DNA from: Marsupella aquatica
Taxonomy: Eukaryota > Plantae > Marchantiophyta
Length of the DNA: 64,000 nt
Reading direction: 5' to 3'
NCBI GenBank assembly: GCA_973895155.1
Contig: OZ316892.1
Span: 9,528,283-9,592,282 of the forward strand
Of this stretch, positions 49,711-61,500 are shown one piece after another. A program made the translations under genes and the position numbers. The notes under the pieces were generated by a model. That model worked only from the letters and a program-made list of their open reading frames with translations. It searched no databases and was not told the origin of the DNA. The number at the start of each line of letters is the position of its first letter. Positions within the stretch are counted from its first letter, which is position 1.

Positions 49711-49722
49711 TGGTATCAGAGC
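49711..49722 (+). promoter_or_regulatory. Primer binding site (tRNA-iMet)
   Basis: TGGTATCAGAGC, 2 nt after the LTR end. Confidence 0.95.
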
Positions 49723-51580
49723 ATGCATGGGAGGTGACGAGGTTTTTCATGACGGGTTTTCCAGCGTTCATTGTCAATGGTACATTCAGAGTTTCATCGC
49801 ATGAAACTCAAATGTGTGTGGCTATGCGGATAGGTTAGTGAGAGGGCGTTCTAACAATGGTTAGAACTTGCTGATCGGTATCCGTGGTGCAGAGGAATCA
49901 AAGTTTGCGTTATTCAGGGTTTATTCGTGTTCGATGGGTCTTCGGGGGAGAGACCAGAGTTTGTGTTTTCAACGGTGTGAGCTGTGCGGTGTTCGGGGGA
50001 TCACACATTATAGCTCAAGTTGAAGGTTGAAGCGAGCTGGTCGTTTCGGTAGCTGGATTGCTGTCGAGTTGTTACCGAGTGCGACGTGACAAGTGACAGA
50101 GGCATTCAGGTTTTTTCACAAGCTATGGAGCTTGTTTTCATCTGAACCGGGTTTCTCTTCGTGACGTACGACTCAGTGGAAGAAACGCAAAGTGCTACGG
50201 CTCAACAATTTGATTGCGGTGAGGTGGTCGTTTTGAGCTTGGGATTGGCACTTGATGCGGAGTGAAGGCGACGCGGCGGAAATTTTTAACTCTGCTAGAG
50301 CTGCAGACTGTGCCGGTGAAATTCAGCCACTTTTCTCGTCGGTGGCGTTCACTTTCCTTGCTTAAAACAATGGCTTTAGGTGAGTAACTCATTCCTTTTT
50401 CCCTAGGGAAGTTTTTTGCGTTTTTAAAGGGGTATAGGTCATTTTGTAACGAGGTGTATACACACCTCGTTTTCGGCCTGGTATCGGCTTGGACTCGGCC
50501 GAGTACATACGCGCCCCCACCCCCCGCACCGCACCGCACCCCGTATATACGGCGGGGTACGCATCGCCGGCCAACGCGCGCCCCGGCCATTCGCTCCCCG
50601 CCCGCCCTTTGGCTAGCCCTGCCTTAGTGCGCCCCCCCGCGCCGTCTTTTTTCACCCATGAGCCCCTGGCTCTTCGCAAGCCTTTTGGGTTGCCGGCCCT
50701 CCCTCCCTCCTGCCTTCGCTCTCGGCCGGTGACTCACCTGCCCCCTCATGCGCCCTTGTGCCTCCGGCCGTGCCCTGCCATCCCCTTTACGCTCGTATTT
50801 GCTTGGGCGTACCCCGACAATACCCCGTCGGCCCTTGGTATCGGCCCTGCCCTCCTTATACGGGGTATTTTTCAATTTAAGGGGCTTAAACCCCCCCTTT
50901 TAAAGGCCCATTTTTTGTTTTTTCCCCGGTTTGATGCTATTGGTTGTCCCGGGACCAGTGACCCTCCGTTTTAACCACTCTAATAGGGGGAACGGCCCCT
51001 TGTGAGCCCTGTCGGACTGTGCAGGAATATTCCCAAAAAACATAGAGCTCTTTTTTGGCTGTCCGATGAAGATTCCGTCCACCGAACGGTAACTTTTTTG
51101 TTTCTTTTTTGGCGAGGACGTTGCCACTAGAGTTAGCAACGCGGCGCACTGATCACATTGCAATTTCAACAACAGGTTCTACTTGGTATTTTGGTTATTC
51201 TCCGAGGTGGTCAAAACAAGGGAGTTTCCCAAGGTTTTACCCACCCCGACCAAAAATAACTTTTCCGTTGAATTTTGATTTTGATTTTCAGTATTGGACT
51301 CCTAGCTTTGTGGGCTACGCAGTGGTGTTGAGTTTTGAGTTTTGTGAGAAGTTTCAAAAAAAGACTTTTTTCATGATTGTTTCATATGAGTGACTCGAAG
51401 GATACTGGAAGAATTGGCGTCGGTGGAGCTTCAGGATCACGATGATCAGACGGAGAGTCTAAGGAGGAGCTGCTACCGTTTGAGGAAGAACTAGTGTCAC
51501 CGGTACGATCACCGGTGCGGCGTGCAATGAAGGAAGCTATACTACTACCAAAATTATTGGTAGTGGGGAAAAAGAGGGAG

Positions 51581-54109
51581 ATGGCAAGATTTGGAGGAGT
51601 GAAGTTTGAGGTGGAGAAGTACGATGGTCGTACTAATTACTTGCTGTGGGAGAAGCAAGTGAAGGATGTTCTTAGGGCCATGGGCTTAGCTCATCTGCTT
51701 TCTTTGCGAGAGCAGTATGATGGAGAGGAGGAGATTTATGTGAGGCAGTGGAGACAAGAGGAGGTGATTGCTGTCAATGCAGTGATGCTATATCTCAAGC
51801 CGCACATCATCAAGCAGCTGGATGATTATGCAGATTACGCATCACTGTTCAAGGCTCTAAGAGAGAAGTACGACCGGGAAGATGTGTCAGACCGGCTGTA
51901 CAAGAAGTCTCTCTTGATGAGCCTCAGGCTCAAGGAAGGGAGCAAGCTGCAGGATCACCTGGATGAGTTTGACAATCTAGCGGTGGACTTGTCAAACCTG
52001 GGAAAAGGAGTTGAAGATGAGGATAAGGCCTTGCTTCTGCTAAGCTCCTTACCACCATCATATCAGGGCTTGAAATAGGTGCTCTTGTATAGAGATCTGA
52101 AGTCCATTTCGTATAATGAGGTGGTGAGCTCTTTACTGTCTGATGATGCTTAGAAGAAGCTGGGTCAATCATAGACAGCATCTTCTTCTAGCACTGCGCT
52201 CAATGTGAACAGGAGAAGAGCAGCGCAACGCTCAAATGGGCAAAACAGGTTTAGATCTACATCACGGGGGAGATCTAAATCCAGAGGGAAATCGCAAGAG
52301 AGAAAACCTCTTGCATGTTGGAATTGTGGCAAGCCTGGCCACATGAAAAGGGATTGTCGAGTAAAGGTCCCTATTGCACCTGCTAACGCAACATCAAGCT
52401 CACATAAGGTCGAGTTACTCGATGATGATGATATATTGTGATGTCAAGGTTATGCTCTCAACGTAGTGTCAAATCCAGGTAGTGATGATTGGATTCTAGA
52501 TAGTGCATGTACTTTTCACATTTGCTCTAGGAGAGATTTTTTCAGTTCTTACACGGTTTCCAACGAGTCAGTGTTGATGGGAAATGGAATCCCATGTCAA
52601 GTTGTTGGACTTGGATCTGTTAGATTTTAGATGTTTGATGGTGTTGTAAGAACGTTGAGGAATGTGAGACATATTCTCAGCATGATGAAAATTCTCATTT
52701 CACTTGGAGTTTTATAAGCAAATGGCCATCAGTGGAGTTTTGCTAATGGTGTCCTTCAGGTTTCAACTAGTATTAAAGTTGTATTGAAAGGAAAGAGACA
52801 TAGCAATCTATACATTTTGGAGGGCAGTGTAGTCTGTGATGAAGCCAATGTAACCTTATCTCATGAGGAGACGGCCCGGCTATGGGACTTCCGTTTGGGC
52901 CACATGAGTGAAAAAAGTTTGGCTATTCTTCAGAAAAAAGGATTACTTTCTAATTTGCAATCTTGTAAGTTGGAATTCTGTGAGCATTGTGTGCTTGGGA
53001 AGCAACACAGGAAACCCTTTGGAGTTGGAACTCACACCAACAAGGAGGTACTTGAGTATGTACATAGTGATGTGTGGGGTCCAGCCCCTACTCCCTCACA
53101 TTCTGGACGGTTATACTATATCACGTTCATAAATGATTACTCAAGGTATGTGTGAATATACTTTCTACACAATAGTCTGATGTTTTTTCCACTTTTAAGG
53201 AGTAGAAAGCCCAAGTTGAAAATCAGACTGGTAATAAGGTGAGATATCTTTGATCGGATAACGGCGGTGAATACAGTTCTGGGGAATTTGGAACGTATTG
53301 TAAGGAGCAAGGGATTACCCGCCATCTCACAACAAGTTATACTCCTCAGCAGAATGGTGTTTCTGAGAGACTCAACCAAACACTATTGGACCGCTCGAGG
53401 AGTATGTTGAGTCAATCATGCTTACCACATGAGTTTTGGGCTGAAGCTATCAACACTGTAGCTTATTTGGTAAATTTTTCTCCATCCAGTTCTATTGGAT
53501 TCAAGACGCCACTTGAAATGAGGTACGGGCGTCCAGCAGATTACTCACATCTGAGGATTTTTGGATGTGATGCTTATGTGCTTACACCTTCCCAGCTTCG
53601 ATCCAAGCTGGAGTCCAAGTTGAAGAAGTGCATTTTCCTTGGCTATCAGAAAGGTGTGAAGGGTTATAGGTTATGAGATCCGGTAACTTGTAAACTAATC
53701 GTCAGTAGAGATGTGTCCTTTAATGAGTCCAGATCATCAAAGGAGGGGAGAGTTCTCAGGATTCCCATACTGACAAGGGGAATCTCCCATCCCGGACCGG
53801 ATTGAGGGGGAGATTAGTCATGATGTTGTTCATGACAGGAGAGATGGAGAAGCTCCGGGCTTGGAGCTGGTTCCTGCGATGGAACAAGAGGAGCAAATTA
53901 TTGTTGGGGTACCTCAAATTCAACCAGCAGCAGCAACAACAAATCAGGCTGAGTCATCTACTAGAAGAACTTCCAGTCGTTCTACTAGAGCTCCTACCAG
54001 GTATGGTCAATGGGCATACTCATCTAAGCTAGATGATATTGACATTGCACCTGATGATGATGACATGGCTTTGATCTTGGAAGAAGGAGAGCCTTCTTCG
54101 TACAATGAG
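51581..54109 (+). pseudogene. Copia gag-protease-integrase with multiple stops and frameshifts
   Basis: KFEVEKYDG..NY.LW, LLLLSSLPPSY, zinc knuckle CWNCGKPGHMKRDC, protease WILDSACTFH, RLGHMSEK...CEHCVLGKQ, HSDVWGP, FWAEAINT, KCIFLGY..GVKGYRL, GEPSSYNE. Confidence 0.93.
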
Positions 54110-54890
54110 CACTAGTACATTTTCGGCCCTTTTTCCGATCCTAACAACATTGGACCCCTTCAGAAATTTTGACGCAGAAAAATGATCCGTCCGATGTGAT
54201 TTACTTCGCACTTTCCCATACTTCACCCATCGGATATCGACAATCGGACATCCATCGGAATTTCCATTTCTGATACAATCGGTACATCCGTTACTGAATG
54301 TTTCGGATAATTTGTGTCCGATTCTAATTTCATCGGATACTATAGGCCCACCAAAAGGTAATATCAAGGGTCCGATGTATTTTATATGGGATAGTCCGAT
54401 GTAAAACATATCGGAGTTTGCGTAGCAATATGTATCGGGACATCCGTAGTGGTGTGTAACGCAAATTGCGATGCTGAAAATATCGGACATTTGGGAGGAG
54501 GGGTCCGAAATAGTTTACTTCGGAAGTTCCGTAGCGTATGGTATCGGATATGAGCTGGGTCACCGGCTTGACTAATAATGGATATTTAGGGTTTGTGGGG
54601 GTTTAATATTGGATTCATGGGAATCATTTGGGGGTTTAGGTTTAGGGTTCAGGCTGAGATTGACAAAATAGGGTCCAAAGAGCATGCTCAAAGCAAGGTA
54701 GTGGTTGAATTAAATATCAGGTTTTCACAATGGGGAACACCCCAATATGTACAAAATGAAATGGGCCTAGGTAGGCAGTAGAGCCATATGGCCGGTGACG
54801 GCTACATGAAACACCAAAATGAGGCTCTAACTGGCCTACACTATGTGGTACCTCTAATCAAAGCTATCAGACACTATGTACCACAAACCT

Positions 54891-57399
54891 CTAAAAAGGT
54901 GTGTTGCGTCCCTTCTTCTTCTTTGGGCGAGAGCATGGGCGGGGTACAGGTTTGGGAGCGCGAGACCCCTCATGTTGGTGGCTGCCCACAACCGTGGTAG
55001 CCACCTGCTCAGCGGATGGCGTGGGTTGGCCTGATGCAGGTCTAGACCCTGAACCACTAGATGCACCACTACGGTGCTTAGGCAAGACAGATGTCCCACC
55101 ACCCCCCGACACAGCAGAGTGGAAGGAGCCCTCTCCGGTAGACCTACGCGAGTGATGGGATGCTCCACCTGCATGTGTTGTCTCTGGCCCGTGCCGTGCT
55201 GTACTCCCACCAGACTCACGAGATGGCGCTCGCCCCCTAGAACCACCATCCTGTATGTCACTAGTCCCTCGTCGTGGAGGGTCAGCTGGTGCACTATGTA
55301 CCCCGGACCGATGGCCTGGTCCCACACGACCTCTACTACCCCCTGACGGCCCGGGCCTACCACCCCGTGATGGTGCTAAATGATGGGAGCCCACACCATC
55401 AGCATCATGTGAACCAGCACCCTCTGCTGATGTGGGGGCAACATGAGGGATAGGGGTAATCGTGGCCACTCTCGCCGACCCTGCCGCATCCTCTGCATCC
55501 TCATCACCTGCATTCTCATCACCAGCATCCTCATCGCCAGCATCCTCATCACCACCGTCCTCATCACCTGCATCCTCATCACCTGCCCCACCTGACTCCT
55601 CATCCGATCCTGACTCCTCCTCCTACGCAATACATAGCTAGGATTAAATTGTTGTTAAATTAGTTTATATAGGGCCTCCAAAACTCTAACAAATTCACCA
55701 TAACCAAAAACATTTTCATAACCTAGGGGGAACACAAACCTCTCCCAACTCATCCTCAAGGTGGCGCTTAAGAGCGCGGGGTCCATTCCTCTTTGCCAAA
55801 TCCCTCTCGGATGGCCCAATAGGTCTACCCCACTCCCTTTCTTGGCAGTTCACAGTCCCAAACAAAATATCCCATTAGCATGAAACCAAGCAATCTTGGA
55901 CCCCATAATGCACACCCTACATACCCCTCATTAAAACTGTTATCATAGTAAACCCTAATTTAAAATAGGACCCCTGCCACATACCCATACATATCCTATA
56001 CCCTATATATAAACCCCTAATCAAACTAGTTCTCAAATTTAACCCTAATTTAAAAAACTCCACAAAGTGCTACTCAATCATGAAACCCCTAAAACCTAAT
56101 ACCAAAGTTAAACAGTTATTGCTATAAGCCCCCTAAAAATGCCACAAAACCTGATAATTAAGCTTTCCACGAGGGGTCCGATTCTCCATCGGATTGTCTT
56201 AGCATCGGAACTGCCTCGGAACATTAGTGCCAAAAAATGAATAACAAGAGGTCCGATGCCGGGTCCGATGCAGAAGAATCGGACACCTATCGGAAAGCAC
56301 AGGGCCGAGAGCAAATTACACCATCGGGCCGCAAAGGGTTTAAAGCATTTGGAGGCTAAAAAATGGTCACTCTTCACAACAGAAGGTCAGGTGGTCGGGG
56401 GGAGGAGCTAGGGAGGAGGGAGAGGGGACTTACAAATTCGGCCTTTAGTCGATTGGAGCCGCCTTGCCCCATCCGGTGAGTGACCACAGGTCGACCTTGC
56501 ACTCGCTGCAAAGCTGCTATGATGTCCTTTGGTGGCTTGGGGAGTCTTACCTCTTGTGCATGCCACTGTCGTAGCATCTGTTGGAGGGGGAGGATGTCAA
56601 TTTCCTCTCCAGCTTTCCTCTTCTCCTCTGCCAGGCTGATTTTGAGATTGTAGTGACGTTTTTGCAGCCAGGCTCGGACTGCTAGTTCCTCCTCAAGCCA
56701 AGCTGCCCACTCATCTGAGGAAAGCGCATCTGGACAGCCCTGCTCCCTGACCACCTCTGCATCCATCGGCATCTCAGCAAGGTAGTTCCTGAATTTCTCT
56801 CTTTGATGGTTTCGCATGTCTGAGAGTGAGGCGGATATCCTCTTGTTCAAGAACCTATCATCAATGTGTGCCCCGTTCTTGAATCGTTCTTTCACTTGCT
56901 CTCGAATTCTGGATTTCTCTTCCTCCTTCTTCTTGCCCCAGTAATCTAATGGCCCCAAATTGGCCCGCACCACTTGTTTGAATTGGCTGCGAAAGAGATT
57001 GTAGCCCCTGGGTAATGGAGAGCCACCTGAGTTTAGGGGTAGCTCAGGCCTCAAAGCTCTCTCTGCTTCCTTTCGCTTGAGCTCCTCTACTCGCCCCTTC
57101 TCAGCTTCCCTAGCCTCCCTCCGAAGCTTCTTCTCTCGTTTTCGAGGAGAGAGAGACTCCTCTGCATCTGCCCTGCTTCTCTTTGCCTCCTTCTTCTTCT
57201 TTGCAGCTGCAATGGCTGCTACAGCAGCTTTCTCAGCCTCAATCTTTGAGGCATCAAACAAGGTCTGCAAAAGCGGGACTACTCTAGCTGCATCCTCCAC
57301 ACTCAACCCGGCCCTAGCAACAAAAATCTCCTTCATCACCTCATCGTATGCCCGAGAAGGTCCAGCCCCATCCCCACCACCAGATTTGCCTCCCACCAT
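54891..57399 (-). CDS. TnpA-like CACTA protein (Ptta/En/Spm-type), about 3 exons (57399-56434, ~55840-55740, ~55623-54891)
   Basis: CPDALSSDEWAAW...VTHRMGQGG resembles TnpA-family motifs; gtaagt donor at 56433. Middle exon EWGRPIGPSERDLAKRNGP has an unclear acceptor. The last exon has acidic GDEDA repeats and a basic PKKKKGR tail. Confidence 0.6.
55490..55620 (-). repeat. 15-bp coding tandem repeat (GDEDA)n
   Basis: catcctcatcacc(t/a)g units repeated about six times on the + strand. Confidence 0.85.
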
Positions 57400-58574
57400 C
57401 TCCCCTCCTCCTTTGAGCTCCCCTCCCAGCCTCGACAATAGCCTAAGTGTCAAGTGCGAAGCTTGTCCCGACTCGCGGGTCTTCGCACCAGCGTCGGGAC
57501 TTCTTTTTTGAAATCTGGCCTGTTGCGTCCGATGCAAATTGCTTCGGACTTTCCGAAGCCTAGAACATCGGTATTGGTATCGGACCTTCCGATATGTTTG
57601 ACATCGGACCCCTCGTTGTTAATGGGTTGCCTTTTGTTTGCCAAGGTTTGTTCGTTTCTTATAGTATCGGACCCCTCGTAGAATTCTTTCGGATGCACCT
57701 TTTCTTTCCCAAATTAAGGGGGTGTGATGTGTTTAGTTAAATGGGTTGAATTGGGTATGGATTCTAGAGTTTTGGGGTTTTTTGAATTTGGGTTGGGTAT
57801 GGTTGTGTTAACATTTTCTTTCCATTTGAATTGACAGGTTTTTTGATGTAGGGTGATACATACCTCACTGGGAGGGTGACCGTGACGTGCATGTGACTCT
57901 TGTGCATACTAGTTCCTTCTTCACGGATACAATTTTTGGGTTTGTTCTTGATTTTCATTTTTTGGGGGATAATTTTACTCTGGTTGTGCATACCTAATAT
58001 GTTAGGCTATAATGATGCAATTCTTATATAGTCTTGCTTGAGACATTGGTTTAGGGTTTTTATGAGGATAGTGTTGTACATTTTCTTATGATAACATGAA
58101 GCCATTGTTAGGCTAATGTTTGTGTTTGGATATGATGTGCAGTACCTTGATTTTGGCATGGAGGGGTAGGTTAATTAGTTTTTTTGAGGGGGGTTGGTAG
58201 TCTTTTTTGATAATGCACTATGCATAGCGTGAGACCGCGCATCCAAGAGGTATGATGTTTCTTGGCCCATCCATGTATTCTCCTCAGGTTGTAACATAGA
58301 GGTTTACTTTGGCAAGTTTGACACATCGTTTGCCGAGGTGTGCATGTCGTGCACTTTTTTCACTTAGCTCACTATTGAAATGCCCACCTTGCAGAGACTT
58401 TGGATATCCCACACTTTGTGTGTCGAGAATATAGCCCAATAGGCACAGCAAAGCGCGGGTATCATTGAGGTACATAGGGCAATGTCTCTCTATGTAAATC
58501 TCCTTAATTATGTTTGTATATACATCGACACAAGAAGTTGTTTAATCTAACTTACATGTTGGATATGTATGTAG

Positions 58575-61500
58575 ATGTCTACATCCGATAGTTCCACATC
58601 GGATTCAGACTCTGACACGAGCTTGTCCGAGGGGGAGGTTCCTCCACCCCCTCCTCTTGACCGTCCTCGTGCTCCACTACGGCCCATACCTTGCTGGTGT
58701 GTGAGATGCAAGGGACTTGTGGTTCGACATGCCTGGGAGACTTGTGAGCACATTGAGAACTATGGTTGCCATGAGGGTGATATGCCAGGTTATTTGCCTA
58801 GCCAGGTAAATAATTATACATACATCCCCCCTTTCATTTCATGAAACGGCAATTGGTGAAATATTGTATATAATTAGCTTGCATTCAAATAACACTACTT
58901 AATTTATTGTGTGTTGAAATAGGTGCCTCGTAGACCCCCACCTCCTTTGGTTGATGATGCTGTGTGGCTAGAAGGGTTTCTCGCAAGGGCAAGGGACTTG
59001 CTTGCATCCCCCTTGCCCATCCACCTCTTAGCCCCCCTGCTCCTATCCCCATAGTCGAGCATGTAGAGGGTGAACCGGTCTCTCGACCAAAGGTTGGGTG
59101 TACAAGAGTCCTACGTACACGACCACGGTCTCGTAGACGTAGACGGCAATATGAGCCACTGGAACAGGTAGACAACAGGGAGGAGGTGTTAGGCAGTGCC
59201 CGACCATCCAACAACGTAGATTATATTGGGGTTGATGGACGGTTTGGAGCATCTTATCTCACTGGTAGGGCAGCTGACATTTTGAAAGACTTTGATCCTA
59301 GTCTCTTCAAATTTCCAGACTACATTCCTATTAATGAACTGGTTGAGATATGGGGTCACTCTTGGATAGTGAAAGATTCCTCCATTGGTGCTGATATAGG
59401 ATATGGTCTATATGCTTTGGAGGACATTATTGTCCCTCCAAAGCCATGGAGACGTGGCTATGATGGAGAGCACCTTTTCCCTTACATTGGAGCTGTATAC
59501 AACGCTAAGAGTTGGAACATTTTGTTGCGTCAACACCCAAGTTGGGGGGTGTACGCATTAAGGATGGACTCAGACCCAGACGAGGTCTTCACTAGGCCGT
59601 GGCATTGTAGGATGATTGATGGTGACCCTGTTCGGAATTGTAATTTAGCAGGGTACATCAATAGTACCACGGGTAGAGGTAGAGATTTGGAGGCTAATGT
59701 AGAGTGGATCCAGATGTTTGGTCCACCTAGAGCTCCATATTTTGTGAAACATATGGATGATCACATCATGACGGTCGCTGTTAGGACCATTAGAGCTGGT
59801 GAGGAGTTATTGTGTGATTATGAGTGGGATGCACCAAAATTGTCCCTACGTTCCCGTCCAAGATAGTTTCTTGGACTTACATATATACATATATATATCG
59901 GATTCTTTTCCATTTTTAACATTGGATAATTGGTTGTTCACAATATTGATGTTGATGAGATTGCATGCATTGATGTTGTATGATAGAATCAATATGTGGT
60001 GCCTGATATTGGGGTAATATCACGAGCTATGCGGCAACACCTTGTTGAGGCCATGGTGGCGAATGATGGGGAGGAGAATGAGGTACAACATGAGGATGAT
60101 GACTCTACCCAAGATCGGCTTGAAGATGAGGAGGCCATGGATGAGCTCATGAACCAATTTTATGAAGATGATGCTGATATTGGTATGGAGGAGATGGGTT
60201 TCACCGACGACAACACCACTCATCCTTCTAGGGGGGGCCAGCAGAAGGAATGGGAAGAGGCTCAACGTCATGCTCGTACTCGCATATTTGAGGGGAGTAG
60301 GTTATCTCGGCTCTCAGCAATAATGTTATTGTTGAATGTGCAACAAAGACATGGGGCCAGCAACCTACTTTTGGATGATGTTTTTCATACCCTACATGAT
60401 CGCATTTTACCACCAGGCAACAACATGCCAAGGTCTTGGAAGGAGGCTAAACAGGTGTTGAAGTCCATTGGTCTAAAGTATGAAGTGATACATGCATGTG
60501 TAAATGACTGCATTCTTTTTAGGGGTGAGCATGAAAATGCAATCATATGTCCTGAGTGTGAGAAGCCGCGGTACCGTGATGACATGTTGACAGGGAAGGT
60601 GCCTCAAAAAGTTATGCGGTATTTTCCTCTCATCCCTCGATTGCGAAATCAATACCGTTGTGCAGAGTTGGCTGAGTATATGGTATGGCACTCACAACAT
60701 CGTTCTGATATGGGTACAGACTCCAGTGCCATGCGAATGATGGTTGACTCTCCTGCCAATCAATTTGTAGAGGATAGATGGGGTGAGTTCAAAACTGACC
60801 CACGACATGTGAGACTTGGATTGGCAGCAGATGGTATTAGCCCTTTTGCATTGGCAGGTAAAGCAAAACCATATTCAGTATGGCCAGTAGTTCTAACAAA
60901 CTACAATATCCCTCCATGGATGGCCATGAAGAAAGGTCATCTACTACTCTCAATGATCATCCCGGGTCCTAAGCAAGTAAAAAAGATTGACATCTACTTG
61001 CAACCTTTGATTGATGAGCTTTTGCAACTTTGGAGGGGAGTGGATTGTTATGACGGACGTCGCAACACTGGAGGTTTATCTCGCGCATTCACCCTCAAGG
61101 CCATTCTTATGTGGACCATGCATGATTTACCAGGTAATCACAGTAAACCTTGCAATTAATTTAACCCTATTTCATCAATCTTGCACTTAATTAAAAATTG
61201 TATTCTTTTCTCTAACCTTCTTTCATTGGCTGGCTGTCCCTTGACCAATCATAGGGTTTGGATATATCTCTGGATTGCAAACATCAGGCTATCGAGCTTG
61301 CCCTTCATGTGGACCAGATTTGGAGGGAGTGGCAAGACGCAAGTCAACTACTTTGCGGAAGATAGTTTACATTGGTCATACTAAATATCTTCCAGCAGAC
61401 CATCCTTGGAGGAGTGACCACTTCCTGTATGACACTGATGAGGGCCAACCTGATACCCGTCCTCAACCTCAGCGAAAGGATCCAGCATATTGGAGAGAGG

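Noticed and set aside
50195-50974. ORFs in the Copia leader
   Set aside because: GC-rich, low complexity and open in several frames.
55950-56100. aaaccctaa telomere-like motifs
   Set aside because: Scattered single units in an intron, not an array; common in plant DNA.
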